Shown here: positions 28,386 to 37,630 of the stretch, in pieces
Layout: each line of letters begins with the position of its first letter
How positions within the stretch are numbered: the first letter of the stretch is position 1
Assembly: GCA_963804645.1 (NCBI GenBank)
Contig: CAWDRG010000015.1
Coordinates: 96,001-160,000 of the forward strand
Source of the DNA: an uncultured Bacillota bacterium
GTDB taxonomy: Bacteria > Sysuimicrobiota > Sysuimicrobiia > Sysuimicrobiales > Segetimicrobiaceae
DNA: 64,000 nucleotides
Reading direction: 5' to 3'
Program-made: the position numbers and the translations under genes
Notes under the pieces: generated by a model
The model's database searches: none
What the model was told of the DNA's origin: nothing
Seen by the model: only the letters and a program-made list of their open reading frames with translations

Positions 28386-29384
28386 ATGAGCACGACCCAG
28401 ACGACGCTGCCGGCCGGCGAGACGCTGCCGCCCGACGGGCTGCTGGACCTGCTGTACTATATGCGGCTCCAGCGTGCCATCGAGGACCGCGGGATCAAGC
28501 TGTACTATCAGGGGCGCATTCCCGGCGCGTACTTCACGGGCTTCGGCCATGAAGCGACGGTCGTCGGCGCGGCGTATGCCCTCGGTCCGGACGACTTGCT
28601 GGCGCCGATGCACCGCGATCTCGCGGCGTACCTGATGCGCGGGATGACGGTCGGGCAGGTGTTCGCGCAGTTTCTCGATCGCGAAGGCGGGCCGACGCGC
28701 GGACGCGACGGCAACGTCCACATGGGAGACCCGAGGCGCGGCATCTTGCCGTTTATCAGCCACATGGCGGCCTCGGTCCCGGTGGCGGCCGGGATGGCGC
28801 TCGCGTGCCGCCAGCGCGGGGAGTCCCGTGTGGTGCTGACGTACTTCGGCGACGGGGCCACCAGCACCGGCGCATGGCACGAGGGCGTCAACTTCGCCGC
28901 GGTGTTCCGTCTCCCGCTCGTGCTGGTGCTCGAAAACAACCAGTACGCGTATTCGACGCCGCTCGCACGGCAGACCGCCGCCGGCGCCTTGGTCGACAAG
29001 GCCGCCGGCTACGGCATCCCCGGGGTGGCGGTGGACGGGAACGACGTGCTGGCCGTGTACGCGGCGTCTCGCGATGCGGTCGCGCGGGCGCGGGACGGCG
29101 GCGGGCCGACGCTGATCGAGTGCCGGACGATGCGCATGCGCGGGCACAGCGAGGCGGATACCTTCGCCTACGTGCCGGCGGAGGTACTGCGCGAGTGGGC
29201 GGCACGGGACCCGATCGCGCTGTTCGAGCGCCGGCTGTCCGGTGACGGCGTGCTGCCGCCCGAGGCGGACGCGGCGATGCGGGCGCGGATCGCGCGCGAG
29301 GTCGAGGCCGGTCTCGAGTGGGCCGAGGCGAGTCCCGAGCCCGCACCGTCGTCGGTGGCCGAAGGCGTCTTCGCGAGCGAGTGA
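28386..29384 (+). CDS. TPP-dependent 2-oxoacid dehydrogenase E1 alpha subunit
   Basis: GHEA, FGDGATS.G.WHEG.N, ENNQYA, VDGND and R.RGHSE motifs. Confidence 0.92.
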   Translation: MSTTQTTLPAGETLPPDGLLDLLYYMRLQRAIEDRGIKLYYQGRIPGAYFTGFGHEATVVGAAYALGPDDLLAPMHRDLAAYLMRGMTVGQVFAQFLDREGGPTRGRDGNVHMGDPRRGILPFISHMAASVPVAAGMALACRQRGESRVVLTYFGDGATSTGAWHEGVNFAAVFRLPLVLVLENNQYAYSTPLARQTAAGALVDKAAGYGIPGVAVDGNDVLAVYAASRDAVARARDGGGPTLIECRTMRMRGHSEADTFAYVPAEVLREWAARDPIALFERRLSGDGVLPPEADAAMRARIAREVEAGLEWAEASPEPAPSSVAEGVFASE

Positions 29385-29388
29385 GGGC

Positions 29389-30369
29389 ATGGGGATGGCG
29401 CAGATGAACTATCTTGAGGCGATCCGCGACGCGCTGCTCGGAGAGATGCGGCGGGATCCCCGTGTGTTTGTCCTCGGCGAGGACGTCGGCGCTTACGGCG
29501 GCGCGTTCGGCATCACGAAAGGCTTTCTCGACGAGTTCGGGCCGTGGCGCGTCATCGACGGCCCGCTCGCAGAAACCGCGAACGTCGGCGCCGGGATCGG
29601 CGCCGCGGTGATGGGCATGCGTCCCGTGGTCGAGCTGCAATTCGCGGACTTCATTTCCGACGCGTTCACGCAGGTGGTGAACGTGGCGGCGAAGTTTCAC
29701 TGGCGCACCGGCACGGCGCTGCCGCTCGTTCTGCGCATGCCGTACGGGGGCGACGTGAAGGGTGGACCGTTCCACTCGCAGTGCATGGAGGCGTGGTTCG
29801 TGCACACGCCCGGCCTCAAGGTCGTCGCCCCCGCGTTTGCCGCGGACGCGAAGGGGCTGCTCACGGCGGCGATCCGCGATCCGAATCCGGTGATGTTTTT
29901 TGAGCATAAGCACCTCTACCGGTATGGCAGCGAGGAGGTGCCCGCGGGCGAGCACGTGACCCCCATCGGCCGCGCGCAGGTCGTCCGCGAGGGCACCGCC
30001 GTGTCGGTGTTTTCGTACGGGTGGATGCTGCGCAAGTGTCTCGACGCCGCCAGCGAGGCGGCGCGGGACGGGGTGTCGGTGGAGGTGGTGGATCTTCGCA
30101 GCCTGGCGCCGCTGGACCGTGAGACGATTCTCGCCTCGGTCCGGAAGACATCGAGGGCGCTCGTCGTGCACGAGGCGGTCCGTACCGGCGGCATCGGGGG
30201 CGAGGTCGCCGCGCTGATCGGCGAGGACGCGTTCGAGTCCCTCGACGCGCCCGTCGTGCGGTTGGCCAGCGAGGATGCGCCGGTGCCCCACAGTCCGGTG
30301 CTCGAAGCCGCGTTTCAGCCGACCGTGGGTGAGATCGCGGAGGCGATCCGCCGGCTGGCCGCCTACTGA
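29389..30369 (+). CDS. 2-oxoacid dehydrogenase E1 beta subunit
   Basis: LGEDVG..GG.F, RPVVELQFADF, HSQ, PGLKVV, FFEHK and DLRSL.PLD motifs. Confidence 0.92.
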   Translation: MGMAQMNYLEAIRDALLGEMRRDPRVFVLGEDVGAYGGAFGITKGFLDEFGPWRVIDGPLAETANVGAGIGAAVMGMRPVVELQFADFISDAFTQVVNVAAKFHWRTGTALPLVLRMPYGGDVKGGPFHSQCMEAWFVHTPGLKVVAPAFAADAKGLLTAAIRDPNPVMFFEHKHLYRYGSEEVPAGEHVTPIGRAQVVREGTAVSVFSYGWMLRKCLDAASEAARDGVSVEVVDLRSLAPLDRETILASVRKTSRALVVHEAVRTGGIGGEVAALIGEDAFESLDAPVVRLASEDAPVPHSPVLEAAFQPTVGEIAEAIRRLAAY

Positions 30370-30404
30370 CGGCGGCGGGGCGACGCGCCGGACGGAGGGC
30401 GCAG

Positions 30405-31007
30405 ATGGACGACGCGGCGCTGTTCGAGTACCTGGCGGGATTGGAGCAGCGGGGGCGGGAGAACGACGCGCGCGAGACGGAGCGGTCCCGCCGCCTGCTG
30501 AATTGCGGGCCGGAGACCGGCCGGCTGCTTGCGATCCTCATTCGTGCGCTCGGCGCGCAGGACATCCTTGAACTCGGGACCTCCAACGGGTACTCGACCC
30601 TGTGGCTGGCGTGGGCCGCGTCGGCCACCGGCGGGCGTGTCACGACCGTCGATCACGCCGCCGACAAGATCGAGATGGCCCGGGAGAACCTCGAGCGCGT
30701 GGCGTTGGCCGACCGCGTGACGGTCGCCCACGGACAGATCGCGGACGTGCTGCGGGACCTGTCGGGTCCGGTCGACATGGTGTTCCTCGATGCGGACCGT
30801 CCGAATTACCTCGTGTATCTCGACCCGCTGCTGCGTCTGCTCCGCCCCGGCGGGCTGCTCGTCACCGACAACGTCGTGTCGCATGCGTCCGAGGTGAAGG
30901 AGTTCCTCGCCCGGCTGCGCGGCACCGAGGGCGTCGAGACCGTGACGCTGCCGGTCGGGAACGGCGTCGAGCTGACGTACCGGCGCGGAGGCGCGCCGCG
31001 GCCGTGA
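30405..31007 (+). CDS. class I SAM-dependent O-methyltransferase (Methyltransf_3-like)
   Basis: LELGTSNGYS, DMVFLDAD and LRPGGLLV.DNV motifs. Confidence 0.9.
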   Translation: MDDAALFEYLAGLEQRGRENDARETERSRRLLNCGPETGRLLAILIRALGAQDILELGTSNGYSTLWLAWAASATGGRVTTVDHAADKIEMARENLERVALADRVTVAHGQIADVLRDLSGPVDMVFLDADRPNYLVYLDPLLRLLRPGGLLVTDNVVSHASEVKEFLARLRGTEGVETVTLPVGNGVELTYRRGGAPRP

Positions 31008-31099
31008 CCGCGGCGACGCGGACGGTGCGCCGGGGCCACCGGGACTCCACGATCGCGCTCCCGGGTGTCCGCACGACAGCGTTCAAGCCCGAACCGGCA

Positions 31100-32092
31100 G
31101 CCCCGTCTGGACCTGCCGCGCTTTCTCGCGGAGACGCTGCGGCCGGACGGGGCGGATATTCCCTGGCCGGCGATGGCCATGGTGCTCGTGCTGGGCCGCC
31201 TCTGCGCGCCCAGCAGCGAACTACACTTGGCCGAGCACGTCTATGACGGGAGTGCGCTCCCGGACCTGTTGGGCGTGCCGGCGGCCAAGGTCAATGAGGA
31301 TCGACTGTACCGTGCGCTCGATCACCTGCTTCCGCACAAAGCGGCGCTGGAGCAACATCTCAAAGCCCGGCTCGGCGAGTTGTTCCAGGTCCAATACGAT
31401 CTGCTGCTCTACGATGTGACCTCGACTTACTTCGAAGGCGACGCCGCGAAGAATCCGCAGGCGCAGCGGGGCTACTCGCGCGATCACCGGCCCGATTGCA
31501 AACAAGTCAACTTGGCCTTGGTCGTGACGCGCGAGGGCCTGCCGCTAGGCTATGAACTCTTCGCCGGCAACAAGGCCGACGTGACCACGCTGCGCGAAAT
31601 CGTCACGCGAAGGGTGTTACGTGCTCCGCAGTAATCTCACCGACTGGGCCGCAGCAGATCTGTGGACCGCCTACATTCATCTGACCGACGCGGAAACCGC
31701 CTTCCGCATTCAAAAATCCGACCTGCAGCTCCGGCCGATTTGGCATCAAAAGGAAGCCCGCGTGCAGGCGCACATTCTCGTGTGCTTCCTCGCCTACGTG
31801 CTGTGGAAAACACTGGCGCGTTGGTGTCACGCCGTCGGCTTGGGCGACGAGCCGCGGAAGGTGCTCACTGAGCTCCACGCCATTCGCCTCGTCGACGTGG
31901 TGCTCCCGACCCGCACCGGCCTCGAGCTCCGCAAACGCTGCGTCAGCCGGCCGACCGAGCACCAAGCCCTTCTGCTCCAACAGCTCGGGCTGAGCCTCCC
32001 TACGCACCTCGAGGCGGTCGCGGTGTAGTGAAGAATCGGCCCCAATTCCGTTGCAAAATATGGAGTTTTACCGTCCAACTGCGGAACTTGGG
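31100..32092 (+). mobile_element. IS1634-family element remnant (5'-truncated, internally deleted)
   Basis: Transposase fragments plus a right end ...caactgcggaacttggg at 32092 abutting the neighbour's stop codon. GC content is lower than the flanks. No left end found. Confidence 0.8.
31104..32028 (+). pseudogene. IS1634-family DDE transposase pseudogene
   Basis: LYRALD.L, LLYDVTSTYFEG, RGYSRDHRPDCKQV and F.GN.AD in one frame are joined out of frame at ~31605 to EGCYVLRSN, AFRI.KSDL.LRPI.H and AHIL.CFLAY. The central part is missing. Confidence 0.88.
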
Positions 32093-33868
32093 TTAGAGGT
32101 CGCGCCGCGGGACGAGCGTCTGGTTCCGGCGGACGTCCCACACGCCGTGGTAGGTGACGCGGATGTCGGGCAGCGAGTCGATCGGCAGAAACAGCAGCGT
32201 GTAGTGCGGGTCCGCGTGCGGGTACCCGCGCGCCCGCAGGAACGCGTACAGCGCGCGCAGCCGCTCGGCGAGCGCGGGCAGCGTCCCGGTCGCCATCACC
32301 CCGCCGATCGGGAGGGGCAGCTCCAGCACCACGTCGCCGTCCTCCACCGCGACGATGCCGCCTCCGAGCGCGAGCACCCTGCGGGCGGCGAGGGTCATGT
32401 CGTCGGGGCGCTGGCCGAGGACGGTCAGATGCGCGATGACGTTGAACGACGACGCCAGTCCGCCCAGCCGTCCCGCGAAGTTGCCGAGCGCCCCGTTCGT
32501 GATCCACCGTCCCGCCGGATCGACGAGCGCCACGCGTACGACCTCCGGGGGCCACGCCAAGACGCCGTGGGAGACCGGCACCGTGAGATCGCGTCGGCGC
32601 GTGATGACGCTGTTCTCGAGGTGCATCACCGGAAACGCCACGTGCGCCGCGCCGCCGGTGTCACCGGGCAGGTCGGCGGCGCGGGTGTCGAACCACGACG
32701 GCTCGGGCGCCCACCCGGAGCGGAACCGCGGCGGGAAGAACCTCGCCCACTCGATCTCGGGAAACGCGGCGACGGTCCGGCCGTCCCGCGCGGCGACGGT
32801 CCCGGCGGCCAGCACGAGTTCCGGCGTGGGGTCGCGCACGTCGGCGAGCACGGCGATGTCCGCACGCCGGCCCGGGCCGATCCCGCCGATCTCCTCGTCC
32901 AGGCTGAAGTAGGTCGCGGGGGTGAGCGTCGCCATCTGATACGCGAGGACGGGCGGGATGCCGGACATGATCGCCTGGCGGATGGCGTGGTTCATGTGGC
33001 CCTGCTCCACGATCGTGACCGGCTCGGGTCCGTCGGTCACCAGCATCAGCCGCGCCGACATCGCGCGCTCCGTGGTGACCGCCGGGGCGAGCGCGGGGAC
33101 ATCCGGCCGCAGCGACGAGTGCCGCAGCATCGTATAGATGCCGGCCCGCAGCCGCGCCAGGACCTCGTTCGGGGTGATCGCCTCGTGATCCGCGGACCAG
33201 CCGGCCGCGGCGAGCGCGACCAGCCGGTCGTACGACACGCCGGGCGCGTGCCCCTCGATCCGGCGCCCCGCGGCGAGCGCGAGCGAGATTTTCTGCAGCA
33301 GCGTGTCGCTGCCGCGGTACAGCGCGGCCCAGCGCGTCACCTCGCCCACGGTCCGGACACTGTCGAGCTCGAGGAGCGGGGCGAGGTGGTCGAGATCGAA
33401 CATCGTTTCATCGGCGAGCGCGGAGGCCGGATCGAGACGCAGCGACCAGTAGATTCTGACGGGCAGGTCGGCGGTCGTCTCGAGCGCCTCCGGAATCAGC
33501 GCCGGCGGCGTCTGCTGGAGGAAGTGCAGGGTGTCGGCGACCATGGCCGTCGTGCCGGTGCGCAGGACCTCGCGCGCGAACTCGACAGGCGTGGCGATGC
33601 CGGTGATGTGGGTGTGGGGATCGATGTACCCGGGGACGAGCGTCCTGCCCGGTAGGGTGAGGACGTCGGTCTCCGGTCCCACCATCGCGCGGCTGTCGCC
33701 GACGTACGCGATCCGTCCGCGTGCGATCGCCACGCCCGCGGGGTAGAGCTCCCCGCTGTACACGTTGAGGAGGGTGGCGCCGTCGAGGTAGCGGTCTGCG
33801 GGGCGGCGCCCGGCGGCCACCTCGAGCAAGTGTCGGCTGTCTTCGAGCGTCCTGAGCGTGCGTCTCAC
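32093..33868 (-). CDS. adenine deaminase-family amidohydrolase (non-canonical)
   Basis: LLNVYSGE, PGYIDPHTH, GTT, GEV, EGHAPG, ADHE, ATL.PA.YF, GRRAD and LPLPIGG.M motifs. Confidence 0.85.
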   Translation of the reverse strand: MRRTLRTLEDSRHLLEVAAGRRPADRYLDGATLLNVYSGELYPAGVAIARGRIAYVGDSRAMVGPETDVLTLPGRTLVPGYIDPHTHITGIATPVEFAREVLRTGTTAMVADTLHFLQQTPPALIPEALETTADLPVRIYWSLRLDPASALADETMFDLDHLAPLLELDSVRTVGEVTRWAALYRGSDTLLQKISLALAAGRRIEGHAPGVSYDRLVALAAAGWSADHEAITPNEVLARLRAGIYTMLRHSSLRPDVPALAPAVTTERAMSARLMLVTDGPEPVTIVEQGHMNHAIRQAIMSGIPPVLAYQMATLTPATYFSLDEEIGGIGPGRRADIAVLADVRDPTPELVLAAGTVAARDGRTVAAFPEIEWARFFPPRFRSGWAPEPSWFDTRAADLPGDTGGAAHVAFPVMHLENSVITRRRDLTVPVSHGVLAWPPEVVRVALVDPAGRWITNGALGNFAGRLGGLASSFNVIAHLTVLGQRPDDMTLAARRVLALGGGIVAVEDGDVVLELPLPIGGVMATGTLPALAERLRALYAFLRARGYPHADPHYTLLFLPIDSLPDIRVTYHGVWDVRRNQTLVPRRDL

Positions 33869-33876
33869 CGCGGCGC

Positions 33877-34221
33877 CTAGAAGATCCGCCCGCCGAGCGG
33901 GACCTCTCGCTCCAGGCTGAGCAGGACCACCCGCCCGTCTGGATCGGGCGCCCCGAGGACGAGCACTTCCGAGGCGAATCCCGCGATCGATCGCACTCCC
34001 AAGTTCATCGCGGCGACGACTTGGCGGCCGACGAGGAACGCGGGATCGTACAGGTCCGTCAGCTGTGCGCTGGACGTCCGCTCGCCGAGCGGCCCAAAGT
34101 CGATCCACAGTTGATACGACGGCTTTCGGGCCTTGGGATGGCGCTCGGCGCGCACGATCCGGCCGACCCGCATCTCGACGGCCTGGAACGCGTCGAGCGC
34201 GTGCGCGGGGGTGTCGGGCAC
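33877..34221 (-). CDS. csaA: CsaA-like tRNA-binding/export chaperone
   Basis: MRVGRIV, RKPSYQLWIDFGPLG, SSAQLT.LY and GF.SEVLVLG motifs. Confidence 0.88.
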   Translation of the reverse strand: MPDTPAHALDAFQAVEMRVGRIVRAERHPKARKPSYQLWIDFGPLGERTSSAQLTDLYDPAFLVGRQVVAAMNLGVRSIAGFASEVLVLGAPDPDGRVVLLSLEREVPLGGRIF

Positions 34222-34226
34222 GGACG

Positions 34227-35709
34227 CTACGCCGGCGACACGAGGTAGCGGAGCAGCGTGCGCACCCCGAATCCGGTCCCGCCCGAGGAGATGTACGGCG
34301 CGGCGAACTTTTCGTCGTAGAACGCCGGGCCGGCGATGTCGAGATGGGCCCAGGGCGTCCCGGCCACGAACTCGCCCATAAACGCGGCCGCCCGCTCCGC
34401 GCCGGCCTGCCGGCCACCGGAGTTCTTGAGGTCGGAGATCTCTCCCCGCATCGCGTCGAGGAACTCGTCGTACATCGGCAGCTGCCAGATCTGTTCGCCC
34501 GTCTCCGCGCCGGCGCGCAGGATGCGGTCCATCAGCGGCTGGTTGTTGCCCATGAGCCCAGCCGTATGATCGCCGAGCGCGATCACGCAGGACCCGGTCA
34601 GCGTCGCGAGGTCGATCAGTTCGGTCGCCCCCTCGCGCACCGCGAACGCCAGCGCGTCCGCGAGCACGAGCCGTCCCTCCGCGTCGGTGTTGTTGATCTC
34701 GACGGTCTTGCCTCCCAGACCGCGGACGATGTCGCCGGGCTTCACGGCGCGGCCGCTGATCATGTTCTCGGTGGCCGCCGCGATGCCGAGCACCCGCACC
34801 GGCACGTTGTAGGCCCGGAGCCCGCTCATCGCGCCGACGACCGCCGCCGCGCCGCCCATGTCGCCCTTCATCGTGCTCATGCCGCCCGCGGTCTTGATGG
34901 ACAGCCCGCCGCTGTCGAACGTGATGCCCTTGCCGACGAGCGCCACCCGCCGCGTGCCCGTCGTGCTTCCCGGCGGGCTCGTACTCCATGACGATAAACT
35001 TGGCGGGCTGGTCGCTCGCCGCCGCGACCGCGGCGAAGAGGCCCATCCCCATCGCGCGCGCGTCATCCAGTTCGATGATGCGGCACCGCATCTGACCGGC
35101 TTCGGCCACCGCGCGGGCCGTGTCGGCGAGCGCGGTCGGGGTGAGCACGTTCGCCGGTTCGTTGACGAGATCGCGCGCGAGGCAGGTCGCTTGGACCGCC
35201 GCCTCGGCGAGGCGGAGCGCCTCGCCGAGCGCCGTCCGGTCGCCGCCGGAGGCGAGGATCGCCGCCTCCTCGACCGCGGGAGTGCCGTCGCTCGCGCGGT
35301 ACCGGTCGAACCGGTATGCGCCGAGTCCCGCTCCCTCCACCACGGCACGGACGTGCTCGGGAGCCGACGGACCTTCGACGCTGGAGGCGAGCGCGATTCG
35401 CGTCGCGTGGGCGTCGCGCGCGCGCCGAACCGCGACCGCGGCGTAACGCCGCATCGCTTCCGGCGACGGCTGCGCGCCGACGCCGACGAGCGTCACACGG
35501 CGAAACGGCGTGTCGGGGGCAAACAGCGTCGCGGTGGTGCCTCGCTTGCCCGTGAACCCCTCCGCGCGGATCAACTCGGACAGCCGCCCGCCGACCGCTC
35601 GATCTACGGCGGCGGCGGACGCGCTGAGCGTCCCCGGCTCCGGGACAGGCACGGCCAGCAACTCACCGGTCACCTTCTGCAGGGCGGTATCGCTGAGGGT
35701 CACGCGCAT
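34227..35709 (-). CDS. pepA: leucyl aminopeptidase M17 (apparent +1 frameshift at ~34967)
   Basis: The N-half (ARDLVNEPANVLTP, GMG) and the catalytic half (LVGKGITFDSGG, MKGDMGGAA, NTDAEGRL, DLATLTG, HLDIAG) are in different frames. Confidence 0.88.
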
Positions 35710-35858
35710 CAAAGGACCTCCCGGGTGCGGCCGCTGGACCGACCGCAAGATGGCGCGCGCCTGGCGCGCCCCGCACAGTATTGTCGCCGGTCGCGGGAAT
35801 CCCCTCCGCCGGCCTCGCGTTGACCGCGCGTCGGTCCCGGGCGTACACTCGGCGTATC

Positions 35859-36566
35859 ATGACGTGGCGCCGCGCGCTCGCCGCGCTGCTGGTGTTCGCC
35901 TTTGGGTCCGGCATGCCGCGCCCCGACCCCGGGGCGGCGGCCGCCCAGGCCGCGCTCGTGTTCGTGCACGCGGGGCGCAGCCTCGCGGCGCTCGCCCCGC
36001 TGTACGCGCTGCGGCGGCCGCTCGGGCTCGGGATTCTGCCGCGTCACGCCTACTCGGTGGAGATCTCCAAGGACGCGCCGGCGCACGGCGTCGAGCCGCT
36101 GCTGGACGTTCCGATCAGCGGGCTGGGCGCCGGTGGCGCGCCGCGCGACCAGGAGATCCGTCAGGCTGTGCTCGATGAGTTCTTCACCACGCCGGGCGTC
36201 GTCGCGCTGCGCCTTGACGCCGACGCACGGACGGCGCCGGACGCGCGGGTGGTCCGCGACATTTTCGAGGTCGCGCGCGCCCGGGGGGTGTGGTTCCTCG
36301 ACGCGCCCGGCGGCTCGGCCGCCGCCGGCACCGCCGGGGCCCTCGGAGTTCCGGTGCTTGTCGCCAGCGACGAGATCGACGCGACCCCGTCGGACGGGGC
36401 TGTCGCATCACGCGTCCGGGCGCTGATTGCGCGTGCGCGGCGGGCCGGTCAGGCGATCGGCATCGCGCGGCTCGACGGCCCCGCGCTCGCGGTCGTGGCC
36501 CGGCTGCTCCCGGAGTTCGATCGTGCCGGCGTGACGCTCGTGCCGCCGTCAGCGTTTCTGCGATAG
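35859..36566 (+). CDS. degenerate divergent polysaccharide deacetylase paralog (secreted)
   Basis: Collinear similarity to 36581..37585 (APAHGV, F.D, GQAI.I, EFD.AG..LV), but the DD, H, NNH and GH motif residues are substituted. Confidence 0.72.
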   Translation: MTWRRALAALLVFAFGSGMPRPDPGAAAAQAALVFVHAGRSLAALAPLYALRRPLGLGILPRHAYSVEISKDAPAHGVEPLLDVPISGLGAGGAPRDQEIRQAVLDEFFTTPGVVALRLDADARTAPDARVVRDIFEVARARGVWFLDAPGGSAAAGTAGALGVPVLVASDEIDATPSDGAVASRVRALIARARRAGQAIGIARLDGPALAVVARLLPEFDRAGVTLVPPSAFLR

Positions 36567-36580
36567 GCGCCGCGGACGGC

Positions 36581-37585
36581 TTACTGCACCAACTGCGAGA
36601 CTCCCACCAGCTCGATTCCCGCTTCGTCGAACTCCGCGTACATCGAGCGCAGCACCGCGGCCGTCACCTTGCCGACGTGCCCGATCGCGATCGCCTGGCC
36701 GCGCGTGAGTGCAATTTGGATGAGCGCGTGAAACTGTGCGCGCACCGAGGCGTCCGTGTTCTCGTTGTCGAGGAACACCGCGCGCGCGGCTGTGGGCACG
36801 CCCATCTGACGCGCGACCACGGCGCCGACCGACCGGGATGACGTCATGCTGTCCACGAAGAACAGGTGCCGGGCGCGGATGACCGAGATCACGTCCTGCA
36901 TCACGCGCGGATCCGCGGTGCCGCGGGATCCTTCGTGGTTGTTGGCTCCGATGGCGTTCGGTACGGTGTCGAGATCCCCGGCCACGGTGTCGCGGATTGC
37001 CTGGTCGCTCATGTCCACTGTGACAACGCCGGGGCCGAGCGTGATTGCCGGATCCTCCGGCTGCACCGGGAGATGCAGGATGATCTGCACGCCGTGTGCG
37101 GGTGCCTCCTCGGCGATCGGGGTGGAGAACGGCAGGTGGGGCAGCACCGACATCGTGACCGGGCGGCCCAGCGCCTCGACCTCGCGCGCGGTCAGGATGC
37201 TGTAGCCGGCGTCGTCGAAGATGATCGCCACGCGCGCATGCGGCGGCCGTCCCTGGGTTTCGGGTTCGTGCAGGGCCGGGGGGCCGGGCTCGATCGCCGG
37301 CGCCTCGGAGGCCTCTGGGTTTTGCCGCGGCAGGGGGACGGGCGCAGCCGGGGCTGGCGCTTGGGACACCTCCGGCCGCGGCTGCGGCGCCGGCTTGGCG
37401 CGGTGAGGCTGCGTCGCCGCTGGGTGCCGGGCGGGGTGTGACGAGATCGCGGCGCGGGGAGGGGCCGGCACCGCGTGGCGGAATCCCCACAGGCCTGCGA
37501 GGACGAACCCGGCGCCCAGGATGACGCCGAGGATGAGTCCGGTCAGCCACGATGGGGACCGCCGAGCCGATCGCCGCTTCGCCAT
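36581..37585 (-). CDS. divergent polysaccharide deacetylase family protein (YibQ-like)
   Basis: N-terminal TM and Pro-rich linker, then AIIFDDAG, LHLP.QP, NNHEGS, FFVDS, VFLDN and IAIGH motifs. Confidence 0.9.
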   Translation of the reverse strand: MAKRRSARRSPSWLTGLILGVILGAGFVLAGLWGFRHAVPAPPRAAISSHPARHPAATQPHRAKPAPQPRPEVSQAPAPAAPVPLPRQNPEASEAPAIEPGPPALHEPETQGRPPHARVAIIFDDAGYSILTAREVEALGRPVTMSVLPHLPFSTPIAEEAPAHGVQIILHLPVQPEDPAITLGPGVVTVDMSDQAIRDTVAGDLDTVPNAIGANNHEGSRGTADPRVMQDVISVIRARHLFFVDSMTSSRSVGAVVARQMGVPTAARAVFLDNENTDASVRAQFHALIQIALTRGQAIAIGHVGKVTAAVLRSMYAEFDEAGIELVGVSQLVQ

Positions 37586-37630
37586 GTCGTGATCCTCCAC
37601 GTGGGGTGAGTGTCGGCCTCGAGCGGACTG

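Noticed and set aside
33877..35748. Apparent PepA-N/CsaA fusion protein (623 aa)
   Set aside because: It arises from the single-base frameshift. The linker is the out-of-frame reading of the intact M17 catalytic domain.
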